62,112 nucleotides of DNA from Candidatus Omnitrophota bacterium (GTDB lineage: Bacteria > Omnitrophota > Gorgyraeia > Duberdicusellales > 4484-171): NCBI GenBank assembly GCA_021735655.1, contig JAIPGM010000010.1, positions 1-62,112 of the forward strand, given 5' to 3'. How positions within the stretch are numbered: the stretch's first letter is position 1; the number at the start of each line of letters is the position of its first letter. Shown here one piece after another: positions 18,120-27,633 of the stretch. The notes beneath the pieces are model-generated. The model was not told where the DNA came from and made no database searches. It was given only the letters and a program-made list of their open reading frames with translations. Made by a program: the position numbers and the translations under genes.

Positions 18120-18554
18120 ATGATAAGTTTTAATAAGGTATTTTTGGTTGGCAATTTAACTAAAGACCCTGAGTTGCGTTATACTCCTCAAGGGACAGCT
18201 GTGGCTACCTTACGTTTAGCCTCAAACCGTACATTTAAAGATAAAACCGGTCAGGCACAGAAAGATACTTGTTTTGTCAATGTTGTGGTTTGGAGTCAGA
18301 TGGCCGAGGTTTGCAATCAGTACTTACAGAAAGGAAGGCAAGTCTTGGTTGAGGGGCGTTTGCAGTCACGTAATTGGCAGAATGCTGAGGGCAAAAATCG
18401 TAGTACTCTGGAAGTGATCGCTACTCGTGTGCAATTCATGTCTGGTGGTCAACGTCAGGAAACTCAAAATTCTCAAGAGATTGATTTAGGGGATTCACCG
18501 GAAGAGGTTGTAAATTTAGAAAGTGAAACTTCAAAGAATACAGGAGCAATTTAA
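18120..18554 (+). CDS. ssb: Single-stranded DNA-binding protein
   Basis: OB-fold motifs ([25 protein letters not shown]; [12 protein letters not shown]) and an acidic C-terminal tail. Confidence 0.85.
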   Translation: MISFNKVFLVGNLTKDPELRYTPQGTAVATLRLASNRTFKDKTGQAQKDTCFVNVVVWSQMAEVCNQYLQKGRQVLVEGRLQSRNWQNAEGKNRSTLEVIATRVQFMSGGQRQETQNSQEIDLGDSPEEVVNLESETSKNTGAI

Positions 18555-18555
18555 C

Positions 18556-18819
18556 ATGTTGAGAAGAAAACCAAGAGATAAAAAAATCCTACCTAAAAGG
18601 GGGGTACGAGTCCAGAAGGATTGTGGTTTTTGTAAGGCCACTCTTGATATTGATTACAAAAATATAGAGTTACTTGCGCATCATATTTCTTCACGGGGCA
18701 AGATCTTGTCAAGACGGATTAGCGGCAACTGTGCGAAGCACCAACGTAAGGTATCTCGAGAAATAAAACGAGCTCGTTTTATGAATCTGCTTCCTTACGT
18801 CGGCAGAGTTTTTTCTTAA
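18556..18819 (+). CDS. rpsR: 30S ribosomal protein S18
   Basis: Start set at the ATG at 18556 after a [31 protein letters not shown] is the S18 signature. Confidence 0.85.
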   Translation: MLRRKPRDKKILPKRGVRVQKDCGFCKATLDIDYKNIELLAHHISSRGKILSRRISGNCAKHQRKVSREIKRARFMNLLPYVGRVFS

Positions 18820-18862
18820 AATTTAAAATCATAATCAGGTTTAAATTAAACAGGAGCATTAG

Positions 18863-19306
18863 GTGAAAGTAATACTTCTTGCAGATTTAGGTAAGTTCGG
18901 TAAAGAGGGCCAGACCAAAGAGGTCAAAGACGGTTATGCGCGCAATTTTCTTATTCCACGTAAATTAGCTTTGCGGGCTAATGCTGGCAGTTTAAAGAGA
19001 TTTGAAGATTTAAAGAAGGCCAAGCAAAAGAGTGTTGATATTCAAAAGAAACAATTTTCCGAGCTTAAAGAGAAAATTGAAAAGATTTCCTTAACGATTC
19101 CGTCGGAAGCAAAGGAAAATGAAGAACTTTACGGTGCAGTTAAAGAATCTCAAATTGCTAAACTTCTTGAAGCTGAAGGTATAAAGATCGAAAAAAATAA
19201 GTTTATGGTTGATGAGCCGATACGTAAACTTGGTGTTTATAAGGTCAGAATATCGCTTCATCCTGAAGTGGAAGCTATTTTGCGTCTTTGGGTTGTTAAA
19301 AAATAA
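18863..19306 (+). CDS. rplI: 50S ribosomal protein L9
   Basis: MKVILLADLGKFGKEGQTKEVKDGYARNFLIPRKLA is the L9 N-domain. Confidence 0.85.
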   Translation: MKVILLADLGKFGKEGQTKEVKDGYARNFLIPRKLALRANAGSLKRFEDLKKAKQKSVDIQKKQFSELKEKIEKISLTIPSEAKENEELYGAVKESQIAKLLEAEGIKIEKNKFMVDEPIRKLGVYKVRISLHPEVEAILRLWVVKK

Positions 19307-19335
19307 ATAGGTTGTCCTGCTAAATTTTAGGTTTA

Positions 19336-20694
19336 GTGATGAGCGTAGATAGTCCTACCCAACATCTCGATAAAATTCCGCCTCAAAATATTGAAGCAGA
19401 AATGGCTACTTTAGGGGCAATGCTGCTTGATGAAAAATCAATACCTGAGATAATTGAGCTAGTTGATGAGCAATCTTTTTATAAAAACGAACATAAAATA
19501 ATTTATAATAGTATTGTTTCTCTTTTTGATGTCCGCAAGAAAGTAGATATCCTCACTATTTCTGAAGAGTTAAATAAAAATAAGTTACTTGAGCGAGCCG
19601 GAGGCTCAGCCTACCTAACTACGCTTGTTGATTTTATCCCTACCTCTGCTGGAGCAACCAGTTACGCTCGGATCGTGAAAGAAAAAGGTATTTTGCGTTC
19701 GCTAATTGATAGCTCAACTAATATTATTGCTTCGGTTTACAAGGGAGGAGCTGAGGTTAGTTCTCTTTTGGATGAAGCCGAAAAACGTATTTTTGAAATT
19801 AGTGATCGAAGAGTTGAAGGTGGATATGTTCACATAAAGGATATTATTAAGGATGGAATAGAGTTAATTGAATCTCTTTACCATAAGAAGTCTCATGTAA
19901 CCGGGGTACCGACCGGATTTAAGGATTTTGATTTAAAAACTGCTGGATTACAAAAAGGCGACTTGATAATTGCCGCTGGAAGGCCATCAATGGGTAAAAG
20001 TGCCTTTGTGACTTCGATTGCTGCCCATGTGGCAGTTGAGGAAAAAATTCCGGTCGCTATTTTTAGTTTGGAAATGTCCAAAGAACAGTTAATGCAAAGA
20101 TTTTTGTGTTCTTTGGCCAAAGTAGAGGTTAATCGAGTAAGAACCGGATTCCTGGCTCCTTCGGAATGGCCGATTCTAACCAGTGCTGCTGGTAAGCTTT
20201 CGGAAGCTCCGATTTATATTGATGATACCCCGGCGATAAATGTCTTTGAATTACGGGCAAGAGCCCGTCGTCTAAAGGCCCATCACGATGTTCAGTTGCT
20301 TTTAGTAGATTATTTGCAATTAGTTAGAGGTATGCGGCGTGGTGATAGCCGCCAACAGGAGATTTCAGACATATCGCAAAGTTTAAAGGCCCTGGCTAAA
20401 GAGCTCGGCGTGCCAATTATTGCCGTAAGCCAGCTGTCTCGGGCTGTTGAATCTCGAGAGGGCCATCGTCCAAAACTTTCTGATTTACGAGAGTCGGGAG
20501 CAATTGAGCAGGATGCTGACGTTGTTGTTTTATTGTTTAGAGAGGAATATTATAATCCCACTGAAGCTAACCGAGGTACAGCCGAAGTAATAATTGCAAA
20601 GCAACGCAATGGTCCAGTAGGAAGTATTCATTTGACATTTTTAAAGGAGTTTACTCGGTTTGCCGATATGGCCAGAGATGAAAAAGATATGTAA
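19336..20694 (+). CDS. dnaB: Replicative DNA helicase
   Basis: PQNIEAEMATLGAML N-terminal motif; Walker A GRPSMGKSAF; Walker B LLLVDYLQL; RecA-like C-domain. Confidence 0.9.
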   Translation: MMSVDSPTQHLDKIPPQNIEAEMATLGAMLLDEKSIPEIIELVDEQSFYKNEHKIIYNSIVSLFDVRKKVDILTISEELNKNKLLERAGGSAYLTTLVDFIPTSAGATSYARIVKEKGILRSLIDSSTNIIASVYKGGAEVSSLLDEAEKRIFEISDRRVEGGYVHIKDIIKDGIELIESLYHKKSHVTGVPTGFKDFDLKTAGLQKGDLIIAAGRPSMGKSAFVTSIAAHVAVEEKIPVAIFSLEMSKEQLMQRFLCSLAKVEVNRVRTGFLAPSEWPILTSAAGKLSEAPIYIDDTPAINVFELRARARRLKAHHDVQLLLVDYLQLVRGMRRGDSRQQEISDISQSLKALAKELGVPIIAVSQLSRAVESREGHRPKLSDLRESGAIEQDADVVVLLFREEYYNPTEANRGTAEVIIAKQRNGPVGSIHLTFLKEFTRFADMARDEKDM

Positions 20695-20772
20695 TTTTAG
20701 CCTTATTCTTGTCTTCAACCGGCATTCAGAGGGTTGACTTTAACTGAGAATAGATTTATAATGATTCAAATA

Positions 20773-23043
20773 ATGAAAAAGATAGCGATTCTAAGTTTAT
20801 TTTTTTTAGGTTTTAATTTGTTTAGCTATTCACAAGATCAAACTGCCCGCATTGATATTCAGGGTAATGAAATTGTGAGTGATGCTACGATTATTTCTAA
20901 GATTAAGATTCGTGCCCGCCAAGTTTACAACGAAAATATTATCAACGAAGATGTTAAAAACCTTTACGCAACCGGTTTTTTTGAGACCGTTGAGGCTAAG
21001 AAAGAGGATTCTTCTGAAGGGGTGGTCATAACTTTTAAGGTTAAAGAAAAGCCGGTCTTGAAGAAAATTTCTATTGAGGGTGCTCGTTTCATCAGGAAAG
21101 ACAAAATTTTGGCTGCTCTTGATATAAATGAAGGTTCGTTTGTTGATGAGTACTCTTTAAAAGAGGCTGAGAGGAAAATAAAAGGTCTTTACGATATTAA
21201 GGGTTTTTCTCAGGCAGAGGTTATGCACGAATCAGAAATTTCTAAAGTTAAAAATGAGATTCAGGTAATTTTTCGTATAAATGAAAAGGGAATCCTTAAG
21301 GTAAGACATGTGGCAGTAATTGGCAATTCTTCTTTTTCAGCCAGGAAGATTACTAGAATTATGAAAACCCGAAAAGCTTGGCTATTCAATAGGGGTATTT
21401 TTAAGGAAGATGTTTTGGAAGATGATTCTAATCGGATATCTGATTTTTATCGCTTACAGGGTTTTACTGATGTCGTAGTCAAAATAAACACAAGCTATAA
21501 GCGTAAAGGGGTTTATCTTAATGTAGTGATTGAGGAAGGCAAGCGTTATCATGTCGGTCAAATCAAAATAGAAGGAAATAATGAGATTACCTCCGAAGAC
21601 ATTTATAAAAAAGTGGTTCTAAAAACTGACAGCATTTTTAGCGAGCAGGCGGTTTATTATGACGCCTCAAGAATTAGGGAACTTTATGTAGATAGAGGCT
21701 ATATTTTTTCTCAGGTTGAGCCTGAAAGTATTTTTAATTCTCAAACTGAAAAGGTTGATATTTCCTATGCTATTTCTGAGAACGAAATTGCCTATATTGA
21801 AGACGTCGAAATCAGAGGTAATGTAAAGACTAAAGACAAAGTTATTCGCCGAGAGATTCGGGCCTATCCTGGTGATAGGTTTGACGGCAAAAAAGTAAGA
21901 AAAAGTAAGGAGCGTTTAGAGAATTTAGGATTTTTTGAAGAGCTAAGATTTGGTACCGAACCTGGTTCCGAAAACGATAAAGTTGATTTAGTAGTTGACG
22001 TTAAAGAGGCTAAGACTGGGTATTTTAGTTTTGGTGGCGGCTATTCGTCAATAGAACAGTTTGTTGGCTTTGTCGAGCTTAAGCAGCGTAACTTTGATTA
22101 TCGGAATTGGTCTACTTTTACCGGTGCCGGTCAAGATTTAACTTTGCAGCTAAGCATGGGGACATTATCTAATAAATATCAGTTAAGTTTTACTAATCCT
22201 TGGATATTTGATAAACCGGTTTCTTTTGGTTTTGATGGGTATAAAAAAGGACACGATCGCGACGATAATGTTGGTTATGCTTATGAAGAAGATGTGCGCG
22301 GTGGAGCTTTGCGTTTGGGACGAAAGTTTAACGATCAATGGAACGGCGGTGTAGCTTATAGACTTGAAAGGGTTGAGATAACTAATGTTATTGATGAGGC
22401 TAGTGAAGACCTTAGAGAAGAGACTGGAATTACCGATTTAAGTAGTATTGAAACACATCTTAACTTTGACAGTCGAGATAATGTATTTTCGCCGACAAAA
22501 GGTTTATTTTGGTCAAATAGTTTGCAGCTTTTTGGCGGCCCGGTTGCCGGAGATCGCGACTTTGTAAAGTATCTCGGAAGAGTTAGTTTTTACATTCCGA
22601 GCATAAAAAAATCAGTATTTGAGGTGCGCATGCAGGCTGGCCTTAGCAATCCTTTCTCAGATACTGATAAGGTCCCTATCTATGAGCGGTTTTTTACCGG
22701 CGGATCTTCTTCAATTAGAGGATATCGTGAACGAAAGGTCGGACCGATAGACGAGAAAAGTGAAGATCCAATTGGTGGAGAGGCTTTATTTGTAGGAAAC
22801 CTAGAGTATACTTACCCTTTAATTAATTTTCTTAAAGTTGCCACTTTTTTTGATACTGGTAATGTTTGGCAGAAAAATAGTCATTTTATGAGCGGAAATT
22901 TAAAATCAAGTGTTGGTTTGGGCTTAAGAGTCAAAACTCCGATTGGTCCGGTAAGTGTTGATTATGGCTGGCCGCTTGACCTTGAGCCGGGAGAAGAGGA
23001 GAAAGAAGGAAGATTTCATTTTAGTGTAAGTCGTGGCTTTTGA
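20773..23043 (+). CDS. bamA: Outer membrane protein assembly factor BamA
   Basis: Signal peptide MKKIAILSLFFLG, five POTRA-like repeats, a C-terminal beta-barrel ending in an aromatic residue (...SVSRGF). Start ambiguous (TTG 20734, ATG 20761 or ATG 20773). Confidence 0.9.
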   Translation: MKKIAILSLFFLGFNLFSYSQDQTARIDIQGNEIVSDATIISKIKIRARQVYNENIINEDVKNLYATGFFETVEAKKEDSSEGVVITFKVKEKPVLKKISIEGARFIRKDKILAALDINEGSFVDEYSLKEAERKIKGLYDIKGFSQAEVMHESEISKVKNEIQVIFRINEKGILKVRHVAVIGNSSFSARKITRIMKTRKAWLFNRGIFKEDVLEDDSNRISDFYRLQGFTDVVVKINTSYKRKGVYLNVVIEEGKRYHVGQIKIEGNNEITSEDIYKKVVLKTDSIFSEQAVYYDASRIRELYVDRGYIFSQVEPESIFNSQTEKVDISYAISENEIAYIEDVEIRGNVKTKDKVIRREIRAYPGDRFDGKKVRKSKERLENLGFFEELRFGTEPGSENDKVDLVVDVKEAKTGYFSFGGGYSSIEQFVGFVELKQRNFDYRNWSTFTGAGQDLTLQLSMGTLSNKYQLSFTNPWIFDKPVSFGFDGYKKGHDRDDNVGYAYEEDVRGGALRLGRKFNDQWNGGVAYRLERVEITNVIDEASEDLREETGITDLSSIETHLNFDSRDNVFSPTKGLFWSNSLQLFGGPVAGDRDFVKYLGRVSFYIPSIKKSVFEVRMQAGLSNPFSDTDKVPIYERFFTGGSSSIRGYRERKVGPIDEKSEDPIGGEALFVGNLEYTYPLINFLKVATFFDTGNVWQKNSHFMSGNLKSSVGLGLRVKTPIGPVSVDYGWPLDLEPGEEEKEGRFHFSVSRGF

Positions 23044-23108
23044 AAGCCTTTAGTTTGATAAAAGGAAGCTAATTTAGTAGCTGTTGACATTTTAAAAAGG
23101 GGGACAAA

Positions 23109-23621
23109 ATGAAGAAGTTTTTAGTTTTTTTGATTGCTCTTGGGGTTATGACTAGCCTTGCTTTTACATCTTTTTCAGAAGATTTAAAAATTGGTTATGT
23201 TGATATTTTTAAGGTTTTTAATGAATACCAGAAGACCAAGGAATATGACAAAACCTTGGAAGCAAGGAAGAAGGATATAGAAAAACAACTTGAAGAAAAG
23301 AAAAACATTTTAGAAAAAATGCAAAAGAAACTTAGCGTGATTAAAGAAGAAGAAAAGGCTAAGGAACAGGAAAAAATAGCTAAAGTTGTTGAAGAGTACC
23401 GTGAATTAGAGCGTACAGGTTTTATTGATATTAAAAAGGCAAGAGATGAGAAGATGAAGGAAATAATTGAAGATATCAATAAAATTATTGATGATTACGC
23501 AAAAAAAGGTAGCTTTAACTTAATTGTTAATGAAAATGCTGTTCTTTATGGTGATAAGGTTATGGATGTAACCTCAGACATCTTAAAAATTGCCAATAAG
23601 CAACATAAGAAAAGTAAATGA
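23109..23621 (+). CDS. skp: Periplasmic chaperone Skp/OmpH
   Basis: Signal peptide followed by a long coiled-coil (K/E-rich). Conserved position between bamA and lpxD. Confidence 0.8.
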   Translation: MKKFLVFLIALGVMTSLAFTSFSEDLKIGYVDIFKVFNEYQKTKEYDKTLEARKKDIEKQLEEKKNILEKMQKKLSVIKEEEKAKEQEKIAKVVEEYRELERTGFIDIKKARDEKMKEIIEDINKIIDDYAKKGSFNLIVNENAVLYGDKVMDVTSDILKIANKQHKKSK

Positions 23622-24652
23622 GATTCACTCTTGGGGAAATTGCCCGTCTAGTCAACGGAGAGCTAGTCGGCTCGCCGGATACTCTCATTACTGGTATTTC
23701 AGGCATTAAGGAAGCTAAGGAAGGGGATATAACCTTTTTAGCTAATTCTAAGTATTCTTCTTTGATGCAGGCGACCTGTGCCTCAGCGGTTATTACTTCA
23801 CGCGAACCTCTGGAAACGAAAAAGCCAGTTATTAAAACTGACAATCCTTCAATAGCTTTTACTGCAGTTGTCGGATTGATTGCCCCTGACGGTGTTGAAC
23901 ATCCTAAAGATATTCATCCAACCGTAATTATATCTAAAGAGGCGCAGATTGCTAAGGGTGTTGCTATTGGGGCTTATACGGTAGTTGAGAAGGGTGTTTC
24001 GATAGCCGAAGGGACAATTATCTATAGTGGTTGTTATTTGGGTAGCAATACGAAAATTGGTAAAAATTGCCTCATTTATCCACACGTATCAATAAGGGAT
24101 AGGGTAGAGATAGGAGATCGAGTAATTATTCATTCGGGAGCAGTTATTGGCAGTGATGGTTTTGGTTTTGCTATGGTCAAGGGGGTTCAGGAGAAAATTC
24201 CTCAAATTGGAACAGTATTAATAGATGATGATGTTGAGATTGGCGCAAATGTTACTATTGATCGAGCAAGGTTTGATAAGACAATCATTGGCAAAGGCAC
24301 TAAGATAGACAACCTTGTTCAAATTGCTCATAATGTAGTTACTGGCGAAAACTGTATTATTGTAGCTCAAGCCGGTGTTTCCGGGAGTACGGTTTTAGGT
24401 AAAGGGGTTATTTTGGCTGGTCAGGCCGGTATCGTTGGTCATATCTGTATTGGCGATAAGGCAATAGTTGCTGCTCAGGCCGGAGTTACAAAGAGTATTC
24501 CGGCTGAAACAAAAGTTTCTGGGTATCCGGCAAAGCCGCATCGAGAAGCTAAGCGAGTAAATGCCTGTCTCCAGCGTCTTCCGGATATGTATAAAAAGAT
24601 AAAAGAACTAGAGGATAAAATAAAAGGGCTAGAGAAAAAATTGGATAAATAA
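23618..24652 (+). CDS. lpxD: UDP-3-O-acylglucosamine N-acyltransferase
   Basis: N-terminal LpxD domain followed by left-handed beta-helix hexapeptide repeats. 4 bp ATGA overlap with skp. Confidence 0.9.
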   Translation: MRFTLGEIARLVNGELVGSPDTLITGISGIKEAKEGDITFLANSKYSSLMQATCASAVITSREPLETKKPVIKTDNPSIAFTAVVGLIAPDGVEHPKDIHPTVIISKEAQIAKGVAIGAYTVVEKGVSIAEGTIIYSGCYLGSNTKIGKNCLIYPHVSIRDRVEIGDRVIIHSGAVIGSDGFGFAMVKGVQEKIPQIGTVLIDDDVEIGANVTIDRARFDKTIIGKGTKIDNLVQIAHNVVTGENCIIVAQAGVSGSTVLGKGVILAGQAGIVGHICIGDKAIVAAQAGVTKSIPAETKVSGYPAKPHREAKRVNACLQRLPDMYKKIKELEDKIKGLEKKLDK

Positions 24653-24655
24653 AAA

Positions 24656-25969
24656 ATGGATAATCAGAGAACAATTAGTAAAAAAATAGTTTTTGAGGGA
24701 GTTGGTCTGCATACCGGTGTAAAAACTAAATTAGAGATGCTGCCGGCGGCAGTAGATTCGGGGATAACTTTCTTAAGGCAGGATATTGATTCTCCGACTT
24801 TGATTAAGGTAAGTCCTTACTCGGTTTTAAATCCGGAAAAGTTTCCTCGTCGGACTTCGATTGGATCAGGCAAGGTATGTGTCCATACGGTTGAACATTT
24901 GATGGCCGCGTTGCATCTTCTTGGTATTGATAATCTTCAAATAAATATTTGGGGTGAAGAAGTTCCTGGTTTAGATGGGAGCGCTAAGGATTTTGTTGAG
25001 CAGATACAGAAAGTGGGCTGCATTGAAGAGTCAGTAGCTCGTGATAGGTTAATTATAAAGGAGCCGCTTTGGGTGGAGGAGGGCTCAGCCAGTGTAGTAA
25101 TTTTACCTTACCATACGTCTCGTATTTCTTATGTGCTCAATTACGATAGCCCGCTTATTGGTTCTGGCTATGTTGATGTTGTGATTAATGGAAGTTTAAA
25201 TAATAATCTTTACGAGGCGCGAACTTTCTGTTTAGAGAATGAAGTTAAGTCTTTACTTGACATGGGTTTAGGAAAAGGTGCTAATTATAAAAATACCTTG
25301 GTAGTTTCTGAAAAGGGTATTGTTGATAATAAGTTAAGAGTTTCTGATGAATTTGCTAAACATAAAATTTTAGATTTAATCGGAGATCTATATTTAGCTG
25401 GACCGATACAAGGTCATATAATTGCAATCCGTGGTGGACATTCATTGAATATAAAATTGTTGGAGAAGCTACGTCGCTATCGCGAAAGAGCAAAAAGTGC
25501 TGGCGTTGCCTCTCAAACAGCCTATATTCCCAAGGAGACCGAGCTAAATGCCGAAGAGATTATGAAAATACTTCCTCATCGTTACCCTTTTCTTTTGATT
25601 GATCGAATAACCTATTTAGATAAAGGGAAGCGAGCCGTTGGGATCAAAAGCGTTACTATGAATGAGTACTTTTTCCAAGGTCATTTTCCCAGCCGGCCAG
25701 TTATGCCCGGTGTTTTGATAGTTGAGGCAATGGCCCAAGTGGGCGGCGTACTCATGCTTGCTTGTGAGGAGCATAGCGGTAAATTAGCTTACTTTATGGC
25801 GGCAAATAATATAAAATTTCGAAAAACAGTGGTTCCTGGAGATCAACTACGCATTGAAGTCGTGGTTGGTAAGGTACGTAGCAAAACCGGAGCAGTAAGC
25901 ACGAAGGCTTTTGTTGACAATAAAGTTGTTGCTGAGGCTGACCTTATGTTTGCGCTTGTTGAGTCATAA
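24656..25969 (+). CDS. lpxC/fabZ: Bifunctional UDP-3-O-acyl-GlcNAc deacetylase / 3-hydroxyacyl-ACP dehydratase (LpxC-FabZ fusion)
   Basis: N-terminus ISKKIVFEGVGLHTGVKTKLEML and HTVEHLMAAL are LpxC motifs. The C-terminal ~150 aa (LPHRYPFLLIDRI...GHFP..PVMPGVLIVEAMAQ) is a FabZ hotdog domain. Confidence 0.9.
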   Translation: MDNQRTISKKIVFEGVGLHTGVKTKLEMLPAAVDSGITFLRQDIDSPTLIKVSPYSVLNPEKFPRRTSIGSGKVCVHTVEHLMAALHLLGIDNLQINIWGEEVPGLDGSAKDFVEQIQKVGCIEESVARDRLIIKEPLWVEEGSASVVILPYHTSRISYVLNYDSPLIGSGYVDVVINGSLNNNLYEARTFCLENEVKSLLDMGLGKGANYKNTLVVSEKGIVDNKLRVSDEFAKHKILDLIGDLYLAGPIQGHIIAIRGGHSLNIKLLEKLRRYRERAKSAGVASQTAYIPKETELNAEEIMKILPHRYPFLLIDRITYLDKGKRAVGIKSVTMNEYFFQGHFPSRPVMPGVLIVEAMAQVGGVLMLACEEHSGKLAYFMAANNIKFRKTVVPGDQLRIEVVVGKVRSKTGAVSTKAFVDNKVVAEADLMFALVES

Positions 25970-26029
25970 TCTTGACTGTTAAAGAGTTTTCTTTGCCCTA
26001 CCTTTAATTTCTGATATAATAATCACCCT

Positions 26030-26806
26030 ATGACTAGTAAAATTGACCCTAGAGCTTTGGTGAGCCCTGGTGCCCAGTTAGCTGATAATGTTACAATCGG
26101 TCCCTTTGCGGTAATCGGTGAAAATGTAAAGCTTGGCGCCAATGCTATTATTGATTCTTTTGCCCAAATTCTCGGATACACTGAGATTGGCGAGGGTTGT
26201 CATATTTTTCCTTATGCGGTAATTGGCAACGTTCCTCAGGATTTAAAGTATAATGGTCAAAAGAGTTTTCTGATAATCGGCAGCAATAACTGTATTAGGG
26301 AATTCGTAACGATTAATCCTGGAACTGAGGAAGGCTCTAAGACCGTTGTTGGGGATAACAATCTTATCATGGCCTATTCTCACATAGCTCATGATTGTTT
26401 AGTTGGCAGTGATAATGTTTTTGCAAATGCTGCCACTTTGGCCGGACATGTGACAATTGGAAATAAGGTTGTCATTGGAGGGCTGGTTGCTGTGCATCAA
26501 TTCTGTCGTCTTGGTGATTTATCGATAGTTGGCGGTTGCTCAAAGGTTGTCCAAGATATTGCACCCTATTCAACTAGTGACGGGCATCCGGCTTCTGTTC
26601 GTGGGGTAAATTTGATAGGGTTACGTCGGGCTAAATTAGATTCAACAGTCATAGCCAATTTAAAAAAAGCATTTAAAATTCTCTTTTTTGAGAATCACAC
26701 TTTTGATAGAGCAAAAGTCTTAATTAGCGAAAGCCTACCGCAACAAAAAGAATTAGAATACCTTATTAACTTTATTTCTTCCTCTAGGAGAGGAATGAGT
26801 AAATGA
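26030..26806 (+). CDS. lpxA: UDP-N-acetylglucosamine O-acyltransferase
   Basis: Hexapeptide-repeat beta-helix with a C-terminal helical domain; the HIAHDC histidine motif. Confidence 0.9.
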   Translation: MTSKIDPRALVSPGAQLADNVTIGPFAVIGENVKLGANAIIDSFAQILGYTEIGEGCHIFPYAVIGNVPQDLKYNGQKSFLIIGSNNCIREFVTINPGTEEGSKTVVGDNNLIMAYSHIAHDCLVGSDNVFANAATLAGHVTIGNKVVIGGLVAVHQFCRLGDLSIVGGCSKVVQDIAPYSTSDGHPASVRGVNLIGLRRAKLDSTVIANLKKAFKILFFENHTFDRAKVLISESLPQQKELEYLINFISSSRRGMSK

Positions 26807-27615
26807 AAATAGGAATTATTGCTGGAAATCGTCTCTTACCTTTACTTCTCGCCCAGAGAATTAAGCAAAATAATAGTCAGCTGCAAGTAATTGCTATTTG
26901 CTTTAAAGGGGAAACTGATTCGACAATCAAGCGTTATGTCGATAAAACTTATTGGCTAGATGTCGGAAAACTTAGTGAGCTTAAAAAAATTCTTCAATTC
27001 GAAGGCCTAAAGCAATGCATTATGGCTGGCCAGATCAACCCCCTACATATTTTTCGCAGTAAGACTTGGGATGCTGAGCTTAAAAGCCTAGTCGGTAAAG
27101 TTGAAGATTTTCGCCCGCACACAATATTTAAAACGATAGTCAATAGCCTCGAGGCTGGGGGAGTTTCTTTTCTTGATTCTACGGCCTATTTGGGAGAGGA
27201 CCTGGCTGAAAATAGAGTAATGAACGATTTAGGGCTTAAAACCAGCATAACCAAAGATATTGATTTTGGCTTAGAGGTTATATCCCGTTTTGTTGAGCTT
27301 GATGTTGGTCAGACAGTTGTTGTTAAGAAGGGCAGCGTTGTCGGTCTTGAGTCATTGGAAGGGACTGACAGAACTATTAAGCGAGCTCACCGTTTGGCCG
27401 GATCCGGCTGTGTAGTATTGAAATTTTCAAAAGCGAATCAAGATTTACGTTTTGATGTTCCAGTGGTGGGAATTTCTACTCTTAAACTTCTAAAACGCAT
27501 TAAAGCCGAAGCTTTAGTTCTAGAGAAGGAAAAGGTTATAATCCTTGAGAAGCCGCGCTTTTTATCATTAGCAAAAAAGTGGAAGATTCCCGTCCTCGGT
27601 CGTGTCCGTAAATAA
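26803..27615 (+). CDS. lpxI: UDP-2,3-diacylglucosamine hydrolase, LpxI (DUF1009) type
   Basis: MKIGIIAGNRLLPLLLAQ matches the LpxI N-terminus (LGLIAGGGxLPxL). Located between lpxA and where lpxB is expected, as in alphaproteobacteria and other LpxI users. Confidence 0.65.
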   Translation: MKIGIIAGNRLLPLLLAQRIKQNNSQLQVIAICFKGETDSTIKRYVDKTYWLDVGKLSELKKILQFEGLKQCIMAGQINPLHIFRSKTWDAELKSLVGKVEDFRPHTIFKTIVNSLEAGGVSFLDSTAYLGEDLAENRVMNDLGLKTSITKDIDFGLEVISRFVELDVGQTVVVKKGSVVGLESLEGTDRTIKRAHRLAGSGCVVLKFSKANQDLRFDVPVVGISTLKLLKRIKAEALVLEKEKVIILEKPRFLSLAKKWKIPVLGRVRK

Positions 27616-27633
27616 TCAGCCCCTAATAATTAG

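Noticed and set aside
25970-26029. TTGACT ... TATAAT elements upstream of lpxA as a promoter
   Set aside because: The hexamers are about 37 bp apart, incompatible with a sigma70 spacer. Probably chance in AT-rich DNA.
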